A stretch of DNA of 64,000 bases from Oxalobacteraceae bacterium (lineage in GTDB: Bacteria > Pseudomonadota > Gammaproteobacteria > Burkholderiales > Burkholderiaceae_D), in contig CANHZI010000001.1 in assembly GCA_947464955.1 (NCBI GenBank), forward strand, positions 12,206-76,205, in the 5' to 3' direction. The notes under the pieces were generated by a model that saw only the letters and a list, made by a program, of their open reading frames with translations, was not told the DNA's origin and did not search any database. Made by a program: the position numbers and the translations under genes. This document shows positions 51,439 to 60,066 of the stretch, one piece after another. The stretch's first letter is position 1. Every line of letters starts with the position of its first letter.

Positions 51439-52592
51439 TTTTTGATCTCCACAATTTTTCCAAAATTTGGACCAAACTTCTTCTGATACTCCGCCATCTG
51501 CTGCATACGCTCTTGCACGCGAGTTCGATCTTGTACCTCACCAGCTAATTGACCACAGGCAGCATCAATATCATCACCACGGGTCTTACGAACCGTAGTC
51601 ACAATTCCCGCATCCATCAAGATCTGCGCAAACACTTTGATGCGCGCGTTATTTGAACGCTTCAAGCCAGATTCGGGGAAAGGATTAAATGGAATTAAGT
51701 TGAACTTGCATGGCACGGTTTTGACCAAGTTCACCAATTCACGCGCATGTTCATCAGTGTCATTGACACCATCCAACATACAGTATTCGAAAGTAATGAA
51801 ATCACGCGGCGCGTAGTCCAAATAGCGACGGCAAGCGTCCATCAATTCATGCAGAGGATATTTCTTATTGAGTGGCACCAAACCATCACGCAAAGCATCG
51901 TTTGACGCGTGCAAAGATACCGCCAAAGCAACTGGGCATTCTTTCGACAGCTTATCAATCATGGGCACGACGCCACTGGTTGACAAGGTAACGCGACGGC
52001 GCGACAAACCATAGGCATTGTCGTCGAGCATCAGCTTCAATGCCGTCACTGTCGGCTCAAAATTAAGTAGCGGCTCCCCCATCCCCATCATCACCACATT
52101 CGTGATTTGACGTTCACCCTTAGGGCCAGGCTCAATACCTTTAGTACGACGCAACTCAAACTCAGCCATCCATAGCTGGCCGATAATTTCACCGACACTT
52201 AAGTTGCGATTAAATCCTTGTTTTCCGGTTGAACAAAAGCGGCAATTTACCGCGCAACCAGCCTGCGTCGAGACACACAAAGTGCCACGATTTTCTTCAG
52301 GAATAAAAACGGTTTCAACGGCATTGCCGTTACCAACATCAACCAACCACTTACGTGTGCCGTCAGTCGACGTATGATCACTGATAATGGCGGGTGCAGC
52401 GATGTGCGCACGTCCAGCCAACTTTTCGCGCAAAGATTTGGCGAGGTCAGTCATCTCATCAAAATTACTAGCGCCGAATTGGTGAATCCAGCGCTGTAAT
52501 TGCTTGGCACGAAACGGCTTCTCACCCAACTCCCCGCAATATGCGACCAGTTGAGCAGGATCAAAGTCCAACAAATTAGTGAGAGCCGTCAT
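51435..52592 (-). CDS. rlmN: 23S rRNA/tRNA A2503/A37 C2-methyltransferase RlmN (radical SAM)
   Basis: 385 aa. Motifs: [27 protein letters not shown] and C-terminal DIDAACGQL. Confidence 0.96.
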   Translation of the reverse strand: MTALTNLLDFDPAQLVAYCGELGEKPFRAKQLQRWIHQFGASNFDEMTDLAKSLREKLAGRAHIAAPAIISDHTSTDGTRKWLVDVGNGNAVETVFIPEENRGTLCVSTQAGCAVNCRFCSTGKQGFNRNLSVGEIIGQLWMAEFELRRTKGIEPGPKGERQITNVVMMGMGEPLLNFEPTVTALKLMLDDNAYGLSRRRVTLSTSGVVPMIDKLSKECPVALAVSLHASNDALRDGLVPLNKKYPLHELMDACRRYLDYAPRDFITFEYCMLDGVNDTDEHARELVNLVKTVPCKFNLIPFNPFPESGLKRSNNARIKVFAQILMDAGIVTTVRKTRGDDIDAACGQLAGEVQDRTRVQERMQQMAEYQKKFGPNFGKIVEIKK

Positions 52593-52663
52593 GTCAATTC
52601 TTCTTTCATGCCCAACCTAGCTTAGGTCAGGCATCGTTATTACCAAATCAGTTAATTCTCAGA

Positions 52664-53089
52664 TTAACGTGAGTACACGTTCAATGCTGGGAAGAAGTAA
52701 GCGATTTCAACTGCAGCTGTTTCAGCAGCATCAGAACCGTGAACCGCATTAGCATCGATAGATTCAGCGAAATCAGCGCGAATTGTGCCTTTTTCTGCTT
52801 TCTTCGGATCAGTTGCGCCCATCAAGTCACGATTTTTCAAAATCGCGCCTTCGCCTTCCAATACTTGTACAAATACTGGACCAGAAATCATGAAGTCGAC
52901 CAAATCTTTGAAGAATGGGCGAGCAGCGTGCACAGCGTAGAAGCCTTCTGCTTCAGCGCGGGACAATTGTGTCAAGCGAGCAGCAACAACTTTCAAGCCA
53001 GCGCCTTCAAAGCGGCTGACGATTTGACCGATAACATTTTTTGCAACTGCGTCAGGTTTAATAATAGATAATGTACGTTCGATAGCCAT
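52664..53089 (-). CDS. ndk: nucleoside diphosphate kinase
   Basis: 141 aa. Motifs: [12 protein letters not shown] and NAVHGSD, which carries the active-site His. Confidence 0.98.
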   Translation of the reverse strand: MAIERTLSIIKPDAVAKNVIGQIVSRFEGAGLKVVAARLTQLSRAEAEGFYAVHAARPFFKDLVDFMISGPVFVQVLEGEGAILKNRDLMGATDPKKAEKGTIRADFAESIDANAVHGSDAAETAAVEIAYFFPALNVYSR

Positions 53090-53338
53090 CTAAAAACTCC
53101 AATAAAAAGAAAGGGTTAAGACAAAAAACTCAAGAATTCATCTAACCTTAGATTTTACCATGAAACCCCTTCCTCTAGGGAACATGTCAATAATCATAAT
53201 AAATTAGCAGAAAAATTAAAATAAAAACATTAAAAATTAGAAATGCGCGTCGACTTGGATGCAATTCCACACCAATTTCATAGAGATTCACTAAAGCAAC
53301 TGGTAGACTTCGCCCATTCCTTTACGAGCAGCTTAACT

Positions 53339-54721
53339 ATGTCTAGCCCCGCCCTATTTTCGAATCTCCCACTCAATCCAAGTCTACTTGAGAGTCTTAC
53401 ATCGCTTGGTTACCTAGAAATGACAGCGATTCAAGCCGAAAGCATTCCTGTCATGCTTGAACAAAAAGACTTGATCGCTCAAGCAAAGACTGGCAGCGGC
53501 AAAACCGCGGCCTTCGGCATCGGCATCCTGAATAAGCTTAACCCCGCTTACTTCGCCACGCAGGCCTTAGTGATTTGCCCAACACGAGAATTGGCCGATC
53601 AAGTTTCTAATGAACTGAGACGCCTAGCGCGGGCGATTCCTAACATTAAAATTTTGACATTATGCGGTGGCACCCCCATGCGCCCGCAAATCGCCTCGCT
53701 CGAACATGGTGCACATATCGTGGTCGGCACTCCGGGGCGTTTACTCGACCACATTGGGCGCAATTCGATCCGACTTAACACCATCCAGACGCTTGTACTC
53801 GATGAAGCGGACCGTATGGTCGACATGGGCTTTTACGAAGACATTGTCGGTATTGTCGCCGCCTGTTCTCCACGACGACAAACACTACTGTTCTCAGCAA
53901 CCTATCCCGACGACATTCGTCAAGCGAGCCAAGGCTTCTTGCGCGACCCGGTGGAGATTAAGGTTGAAAGCCAGCATGCAGAACAACAAATCGAACAATA
54001 CTTTTTTGAAATTACTGCCGAAGAGCGCAATGCTGCTGTCGCCCGATTACTCTTACACTATCAGCCAAAATCGAGCATTGTTTTCTGCAACACGAAAATT
54101 CATTGTGATGAATTAGCTTTCGAATTACAGCAGCAAGGTATTACTGCACTTGCACTCCACGGTGACTTGGAGCAACGCGACCGCGACGAAATTCTGGTTT
54201 TGTTTGCCAATCAAAGTTGCACTGTCTTAGTGGCAACCGACGTGGCGGCGCGCGGCATCGACATTCAATCGCTTGGCGCCGTCATCAATGCCGACGTCTC
54301 CAAAGATACCGAAGTTCACATTCACCGCATCGGTAGAACTGGTAGAGCTGGCGAGCGTGGACTCGCACTCACACTAGCGACGCCAAATGAAAAGAAATGG
54401 GTACGCCTTATCGAAGAGTATCAAAAGCGCGAAGCCACTTGGAAAATGCTCGCTGAACTCGATGCGAATTCGGAACACCTGATCGCCCCCAACATTAGCA
54501 TTTGCATTTCTGGCGGCAAAAAGGACAAACTGCGCCCAGGCGATTTGCTCGGAGCGCTAACGGGCGATGTTGGCTTACGCAAGGATCAAGTCGGGAAAAT
54601 CAATGTATTTGAATTTAACAGCTATGTCGCGATTGAACGTAGTGTCGTTGATCACGCGCTCGACAAACTAAGTCATTGTAAAATCAAAGGGCGCCAATTC
54701 AAGGTGCGCGAAATCACTTAG
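53339..54721 (+). CDS. dbpA: ATP-dependent DEAD-box RNA helicase DbpA
   Basis: The start is taken at MSSPALFSNL (ATG at 53339); the ORF track starts at 53243. Motifs: AKTGSGKTAAF, DEAD, SAT, HRIGRTGRAG. The C-terminal DbpA RNA-binding domain is GKKDKLRPGDLLGALTG. Confidence 0.9.
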   Translation: MSSPALFSNLPLNPSLLESLTSLGYLEMTAIQAESIPVMLEQKDLIAQAKTGSGKTAAFGIGILNKLNPAYFATQALVICPTRELADQVSNELRRLARAIPNIKILTLCGGTPMRPQIASLEHGAHIVVGTPGRLLDHIGRNSIRLNTIQTLVLDEADRMVDMGFYEDIVGIVAACSPRRQTLLFSATYPDDIRQASQGFLRDPVEIKVESQHAEQQIEQYFFEITAEERNAAVARLLLHYQPKSSIVFCNTKIHCDELAFELQQQGITALALHGDLEQRDRDEILVLFANQSCTVLVATDVAARGIDIQSLGAVINADVSKDTEVHIHRIGRTGRAGERGLALTLATPNEKKWVRLIEEYQKREATWKMLAELDANSEHLIAPNISICISGGKKDKLRPGDLLGALTGDVGLRKDQVGKINVFEFNSYVAIERSVVDHALDKLSHCKIKGRQFKVREIT

Positions 54722-54785
54722 CGCACTGTATTGCAGCCACATAAAAACTCACACCCCCGAATAGAACAAACAACACAAACAAAAC

Positions 54786-55418
54786 ATGATTCGAATATTG
54801 ATAGCAGACGACCACACCATCATGCGCGAGGGACTCAAGCGCATTTTGGATGGCATTGAAGATATCCAAGTCATCGGTGAAGCGATTGACGGCCACGACA
54901 CGATCACCAAAGTGCGATCTGAGACTTTTGATGTACTGCTGCTTGATCTCTCTATGCCAGGACGTAGTGGCGTCGACCTCATACATCAAATCAAAGATGA
55001 GTTTCCCAAATTACCGATTTTGATACTGACGATGCATGAGGAAGAACAATATGCCGTCAGAGCGATTCGTGCAGGAGCCAATGGCTACCTCACCAAAGAG
55101 AGCGCTGGAACACAACTGGTCACTGCGCTACGTAAAGTCGCGTCTGGGCGGCCGTATATCAGCATGGAGGTCGCTGAACAACTAGCAATGTCAGCGATGC
55201 CAGCGACCAGCGACGCCTCCCACACCTCACTTTCAGACCGCGAGTTTGAAGTCTTTTGCCATCTCGCAAAAGGGAAATCGATTACCGAGATCGGTGACAT
55301 GCTGCACCTTAGCGTCAAGACAGTCAGCACACATAAAACAAGAATCATGCAAAAAATGGGATTGAACTCAATCTCTGATCTAGTGCAATACGCGATCGCC
55401 CATCACCTGCTAAGCTAA
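54786..55418 (+). CDS. NarL/FixJ-family response regulator (receiver + LuxR-type HTH)
   Basis: 210 aa. Motifs: ILIADDHTIMREGL, LLDLSMPGRSG, LTMHEE, YLTKES. The HTH is LSDREFEVFCHLAKGKSITEIGDMLHLSVKTVSTHKTRIMQKMG. Confidence 0.9.
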   Translation: MIRILIADDHTIMREGLKRILDGIEDIQVIGEAIDGHDTITKVRSETFDVLLLDLSMPGRSGVDLIHQIKDEFPKLPILILTMHEEEQYAVRAIRAGANGYLTKESAGTQLVTALRKVASGRPYISMEVAEQLAMSAMPATSDASHTSLSDREFEVFCHLAKGKSITEIGDMLHLSVKTVSTHKTRIMQKMGLNSISDLVQYAIAHHLLS

Positions 55419-55455
55419 ATCTAAGTTGAAAACTAAGAAATAGTCTAAAGAGCAA

Positions 55456-55478
55456 CCTACAACGCGATGCGTTGTAGG
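55456..55478. repeat. perfect 10-3-10 inverted repeat after the NarL-type regulator gene
   Basis: CCTACAACGC-gat-GCGTTGTAGG overlaps a second perfect palindrome, AGGAATATTCCT (55476-55487). There is no U-tract, so it is either a non-canonical terminator or an operator. Confidence 0.4.
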
Positions 55479-55529
55479 AATATTCCTAATACCCCCACTG
55501 CAAACTCCCACAGCTCAAATCAGCGAACC

Positions 55530-55543
55530 CTGATTTAAATCAA
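55530..55543. promoter_or_regulatory. FNR/Dnr-type box candidate upstream of the lone receiver gene
   Basis: CTGAT-ttaa-ATCAA compared with the consensus TTGAT-N4-ATCAA (9/10). Its centre is 71 bp upstream of the ATG at 55608. An FNR-family regulator with an E..SR recognition helix is encoded 0.5 kb downstream. Confidence 0.35.
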
Positions 55544-55607
55544 GCACGCGACTGATCATAATGGACACATGCAAACAAATGCTGTGTTCAATTAAATCAA
55601 ACGCGCC

Positions 55608-55982
55608 ATGAACCTGTTTATCGTCGAAGATTCGCTGCTCATCCAAAACCGCCTGGTGCGGTTTATTGAAGAACTGCCTGATGTCAGCATCGTCGGTATC
55701 TCCGCAGAAATCGCAGGAGCCTACGACAAGATCGTCAGCACACATGCAGACGCCATGATTTTGGACATACAGCTGAGCGACGGCAACAGCTTGGGATTAC
55801 TCAAAAAAATAAAATCCTCGATCCCAGAAGTACGGGTTGTTGTACTTACCAATCATTCCAACGAAGCAAATCGCATGCAAGCCTTACGGGCTGGCGCTGA
55901 CAGCTTCTTAGACAAATCAACCGATTTCGAACAGATACCGAATATTTTGCAGCGCTGGCAGGCACATGGACCAGCGCATTAA
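55608..55982 (+). CDS. stand-alone receiver-domain response regulator
   Basis: 124 aa. Motifs: LFIVEDSLLIQ, ILDIQLSDGNS, VLTNH, FLDKS. It has no output domain. Confidence 0.85.
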   Translation: MNLFIVEDSLLIQNRLVRFIEELPDVSIVGISAEIAGAYDKIVSTHADAMILDIQLSDGNSLGLLKKIKSSIPEVRVVVLTNHSNEANRMQALRAGADSFLDKSTDFEQIPNILQRWQAHGPAH

Positions 55983-56047
55983 GCACCCGATTTTCTAGCT
56001 TTTAAATTGTTTTTAGTGTTTCAAATTCATCTTACAGAGGAAACATC

Positions 56048-56914
56048 ATGTCGAATATATCTATGCTCTCCCAGCCAAAACGCAATGCAGATGTCGTTTC
56101 TCACACCGATGCTCCATGGCGCCAACAGGGAAGTCTCTGGTCCAATCTTCGTCAAGTATGTGATTTACTCGCCATGCCAGCACCAGCAACAGCAGATGAA
56201 GAAGACACCTTATTCCAACACGTACGTTACAAAGCAGGACATCGCATCCATCGTATCGGTCAAGCCTTTGATACCTTGTACATCGTCAATTCTGGTTTTG
56301 TCAAAACCATCCATATTGATGAATTCGGCAATGAACAAGTACTCAGTTTCCCAATGAAAGGCGACATCCTCGGCATCGACGGCATTCACAAGCAACATCA
56401 CGCCTCAGAAGCGATTGCTCTGACCGACTGTGACGTTATCTTGGTTCCCTACAAAACATTTGCAGCATTAGGTCGCATTCATGTCGAACTCGAACAAGCG
56501 ATGTTCAGTGTAATGAGCCGCGAAATCGTTCGCGAGCAAATGATGATCAGTATGCTGAGCGCACTCAGTGCGGAAGCGAAAGTTGCTCGCTTCTTGACCA
56601 ACTTAGGTGAACGTTTCAGTCAAATGGGTTACTCTGGCCGTAGCTTTAATTTACGCATGACGCGCCAAGAAATCGGCAGCTATTTAGGTCTGACCTTGGA
56701 AACCGTTAGCCGTACTCTTTCAGCATTGAATGAACTCGGCATGATTTCAGTCGAACAACGCGAAATTAATTTACTCGATACTGCTGCTCTAAAGACCTTG
56801 CGTCGTTTGCCACCTGCAAAAGCAAAAATCAAAGTGGCAGAAAAAGTCACCGCTCTTGTCAATAAAAACCTGCTCCCACAATGGAATCCTGAACTCAGTA
56901 CAGCGATGAATTAA
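56048..56914 (+). CDS. Crp/Fnr-family transcription regulator, FNR-class recognition helix but no Fe-S cysteine cluster (Dnr/NnrR-like)
   Basis: 288 aa. It has a cNMP-binding-like beta-roll (YKAGHRIHRIGQAFDTLYIVNSGFVKT). The HTH is MTRQEIGSYLGLTLETVSRTLSAL, with the E--SR motif. Only two Cys residues occur in the whole protein. It has N- and C-terminal extensions. Confidence 0.8.
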   Translation: MSNISMLSQPKRNADVVSHTDAPWRQQGSLWSNLRQVCDLLAMPAPATADEEDTLFQHVRYKAGHRIHRIGQAFDTLYIVNSGFVKTIHIDEFGNEQVLSFPMKGDILGIDGIHKQHHASEAIALTDCDVILVPYKTFAALGRIHVELEQAMFSVMSREIVREQMMISMLSALSAEAKVARFLTNLGERFSQMGYSGRSFNLRMTRQEIGSYLGLTLETVSRTLSALNELGMISVEQREINLLDTAALKTLRRLPPAKAKIKVAEKVTALVNKNLLPQWNPELSTAMN

Positions 56915-56947
56915 GCAATGCCTTGACAACCTTATCGGGAGAACAAA

Positions 56948-57787
56948 ATGACTTACAAGAGCATACTGGTTCACGTCGAAGATTCCAAACATGCATCGCA
57001 ACGCACGGCCGTTGCGCATGAATTGGCAAAACTATTTGATTCGCATTTAATCGGATTAGCAGTTACTGGAATCTCGCGCTACGTTTTTGAAGGCAGTGAC
57101 TTTAGCATTAGCGATCCCAATATTGGCTTGCACCTGAATGATCTACACAAACGTGCAGAGCGCGCCGTCGAACGATTCAATTACGACTGCAACAGTTTGG
57201 GTTGCAATCAGTTTGAAGCGAACATCGCGAACGATGAAGCGAACGGCGGCCTCGGTTTGCGCGCCAGATATTGCGATCTGATCGTGATTGGCCAATCAAA
57301 TCCACATGAACCGTCGCCATCAGTGATGTCCGACTTTCCTGAATTTATGGTCGTCAACGCAGGTCGCCCGACTCTAATCGTGCCTTATTCGGGCGAACAT
57401 AACAATATTAGTCAACGAGTCTTGATCGCATGGGATGGAAGTCGCGAAGCCGCTCGTGCCGTTACAGACTCAATTCCGGTTTTGAAGAAAGCCAGTTCTG
57501 TACAAATCTTGATTCTCAATCCAGGCGCTGATGCCGAAGCCCATGGCGACGAGCCAGGTGCGGACATCGCACTGTATTTGGCTAGACATGGTATCAAAGT
57601 TGAAGTCTGTGTTCGCTTCAGCAAAAACGACATTGGTGATGCCATTCTTCAAATCGCCAAAGAACTCGGCGCGAGCCTGCTGGTGATGGGCGCCTACGGA
57701 CATTCACGTTTCCGCGAAATGGTAATGGGTGGCGTGACCCGTCATATCCTTGAAAATATGAATTTGCCCGTACTGATGTCCCACTGA
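56948..57787 (+). CDS. tandem universal stress protein (UspE-like)
   Basis: 279 aa with two Usp domains. The second ends LLVMGAYGHSRFREMVMGGVTRHIL. Confidence 0.85.
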   Translation: MTYKSILVHVEDSKHASQRTAVAHELAKLFDSHLIGLAVTGISRYVFEGSDFSISDPNIGLHLNDLHKRAERAVERFNYDCNSLGCNQFEANIANDEANGGLGLRARYCDLIVIGQSNPHEPSPSVMSDFPEFMVVNAGRPTLIVPYSGEHNNISQRVLIAWDGSREAARAVTDSIPVLKKASSVQILILNPGADAEAHGDEPGADIALYLARHGIKVEVCVRFSKNDIGDAILQIAKELGASLLVMGAYGHSRFREMVMGGVTRHILENMNLPVLMSH

Positions 57788-57830
57788 ACAAAGGACTTTA
57801 GCACCTGCCTCGCTCGAGGCTAGTCGATAC

Positions 57831-57862
57831 ACTGGTACTTTGCAAAAGTACCAGTTTGCGTT
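57831..57862 (+). terminator. stem-loop terminator after the usp gene
   Basis: A perfect 11-bp stem ACTGGTACTTT-gca-AAAGTACCAGT followed by TTGCGTT, which is a weak U-tract. Confidence 0.55.
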
Positions 57863-57990
57863 AACGAGGTAAAAGTCTAAGCCGAACTCAGATATTAGGC
57901 GTGACAAAAAAAGCACACAGGCCGATAACTGACGCAGCGCCGAATCACAAAAATAGGTAGAATCAGCCATCCTCATTTTGCCCATTGCTT

Positions 57991-59937
57991 ATGCTTCACC
58001 ATACTTCAATTACCAGCCGTGACTTTAGGCACTTAGGATTAATCAGCGCATTACTTTTCGCGGTATCCCTAGTGTTATGGCTAAACTATGATTCTTTTGC
58101 GAGCTTCAAAATCAGCAACGCGCTAGCTTTTCATACCGCGCTCGAAACGACCACCATCGTTTTATTCATTTCCGTTTTTATCGTCTGCTGGAATGCATTC
58201 GGAGAGCGCCGCAACCTCAGCAGCTTGATACTTGCGGTGTCGTTTTTGTGCGCTGCCATCCTCGGATTTTTTCATGCCTTATCGTTCCAAGGCATGCCAG
58301 GTTTCTTACATGCTGTGGACATGCACAAATCACTGAGTTTCTGGCTCATATCGAGGCTGATTATCACCCTCACCCTGCTTGGCCTTGCACTGCGCCCGAG
58401 CGACAAGTTAGTCAGCAATATTCGCTCGAATATTAGTGTCGGACTTGGTCTTGCAGCTACTGTCGCTTTCACCAATTTGATTTTTATGTATCCTGAAATT
58501 TTGCCCACCACTTATCTTGAACAAAGTGGGCAAACGCGTTTCAAGATTGTGTGCGAGATCATACTGGTCTTACTCAATATTTGCAGTGCCTACTTTTTCT
58601 ATCGTCAAATCAAAACAGTAAATCCTGATCGGCTCAATGATCTACTCGAAATCAATCGTGGCTATTTATGCTTCGCCAGTTTGATGTTGGCTGCTTCAGA
58701 AGTGTATTTTTCTTTGTATCGTTTTGCTGATGAAGTCTTTGTTTTGATCGGGCACAGTTTCCAACTGATGGCAGCAATCGCTATCTATCGAGGAATGGTG
58801 GCGATTAGCATCCATGCGCCATATGCGTACTTGATCAAGAACACGAGAACATTGCAAGAAACGGCAAACGAACTACTCATCAACAAGCAAAGACTGGTTG
58901 GCGTCATCGAAACAGCGATGGATGGTATTTTGACGATTGATGACCAGTACAAAATTGTTTTAGTGAACCCTGCAGCGGCCAAAGTTTTCGGATATGAAGT
59001 GGAACAACTGATTGGACAATCGATCGATGTGGTTATCCCCATACGCCATCGTCATGTTCACTCAAAGCACGTTGAAAATTTTGGGCATCATGGCACTACC
59101 CGCCGCCAAATGGGCACCAGCTTTGAAGATTTTTATGTCACCGGCTTACACGCAAACGGTAGCGAGTTTCCGATCGAAGCTTCGATTTCGAGTCTAGTCG
59201 AGAATGGGCGACGCTTTTATACCGTTATTTTCCGCGATATCAACGAGCGCAAAATCGCTAAAGAAAAACTAGCGCAATATCATACCCAGCTCAGCCAACT
59301 ATCTTCTGCCCTACAAAGCATACGCGAGGAAGAACGCAAACATATCGCGCGCGAATTGCATGATGACTTAGGTCAGCTTTTGGCGGCTTTACGGATGGAC
59401 TTATCCTTGCTGCAGCGCGACCACTCAATGACTGAGAAATCAAGAATGACGCTCAGTAGCATGGATCAATTGCTCCTAACATCGATCACTACTTTACGTC
59501 GGATCGCGACAGATTTGCGTCCGCGTGCCTTGGATGAAGGTGGTTTGTTCTTTGCATTACAAACTTTACAGAAAGAGTTCTCGCAACGTCACGGCGTGCA
59601 TTGCGATTTGATCGCTGATGAAGAACAACTGATACTCAATGATGAAAAAAGCACTGCAATCTTCCGCATTGTTCAAGAGTCACTAACCAACGTCGCTCGC
59701 CATGCAAAAGCGAACCACGTCAAAATCAGTTTCGAACGTGACGATGAGAGTCTTTATCTTCGCATTAAGGATGACGGTCGCGGCATCGAAGAAGGAGCGA
59801 TGAATAAAACGCGCTCGTTTGGTCTAGTCGGTATGCGCGAACGGATCAAAGCACTGAATGGCAGCTTCCAGCTTGAATCGGCAGTTGGCAAAGGCACACA
59901 GATTGATGTCAAAATACCAGTGAACGATGCAAGCTAA
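57991..59937 (+). CDS. membrane sensor histidine kinase: multi-TM sensor domain + PAS + HisKA_3 + HATPase
   Basis: About 648 aa from the ATG at 57991; a TTG at 57985 is also possible. It has about 7-8 TM helices and a PAS domain (VIETAMDGILTIDDQYKIVLVNPAAAKVFGY...FRDINERK). The H-box is ARELHDDLGQLLAAL, followed by HATPase motifs (QESLTNVARHA, DDGRGI, GLVGMRERI). Confidence 0.88.
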   Translation: MLHHTSITSRDFRHLGLISALLFAVSLVLWLNYDSFASFKISNALAFHTALETTTIVLFISVFIVCWNAFGERRNLSSLILAVSFLCAAILGFFHALSFQGMPGFLHAVDMHKSLSFWLISRLIITLTLLGLALRPSDKLVSNIRSNISVGLGLAATVAFTNLIFMYPEILPTTYLEQSGQTRFKIVCEIILVLLNICSAYFFYRQIKTVNPDRLNDLLEINRGYLCFASLMLAASEVYFSLYRFADEVFVLIGHSFQLMAAIAIYRGMVAISIHAPYAYLIKNTRTLQETANELLINKQRLVGVIETAMDGILTIDDQYKIVLVNPAAAKVFGYEVEQLIGQSIDVVIPIRHRHVHSKHVENFGHHGTTRRQMGTSFEDFYVTGLHANGSEFPIEASISSLVENGRRFYTVIFRDINERKIAKEKLAQYHTQLSQLSSALQSIREEERKHIARELHDDLGQLLAALRMDLSLLQRDHSMTEKSRMTLSSMDQLLLTSITTLRRIATDLRPRALDEGGLFFALQTLQKEFSQRHGVHCDLIADEEQLILNDEKSTAIFRIVQESLTNVARHAKANHVKISFERDDESLYLRIKDDGRGIEEGAMNKTRSFGLVGMRERIKALNGSFQLESAVGKGTQIDVKIPVNDAS

Positions 59938-59982
59938 ATAATAATTGCTCAAGCGGATTCAATTAAACACAAACATTATGAT

Positions 59983-60009
59983 TAAAATTTGTGCAGATCG
60001 CGCGAAAAA
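59983..60009 (+). promoter_or_regulatory. weak sigma-28-like promoter motif upstream of the mini rod-like gene
   Basis: TAAAATTT-gtgcagatcgc-GCGAAAAA. The -35 box matches 7/8, the spacer is 11 nt and the -10 box matches only 5/8. It lies 58 nt upstream of the ATG at 60067. Confidence 0.3.
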
Positions 60010-60066
60010 GGACTATGCTGTTTAATAGAAAAAGCGAAAAACCTAGGCTTCAAGGAGTATTCCATT

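Noticed and set aside
57902-57928. A perfect sigma-28 -10 octamer, GCCGATAA, at 57921-57928 upstream of the histidine kinase gene.
   Set aside because: - The octamer 11 nt upstream is TGACAAAA, which shares at most 2-3 of 8 positions with TAAAGTTT.
- One or two exact 8-mers are expected by chance in 128 kb of two-strand sequence.
- A -10 match alone is not a sigma-28 promoter.
57704-57985. A 93-aa minus-strand ORF in and around the usp-to-kinase intergenic region.
   Set aside because: - It overlaps the 3' end of the usp gene on the opposite strand.
- It runs through the usp terminator hairpin.
- It has no SD, and its Cys/Phe-rich composition has no motifs. It is probably spurious.
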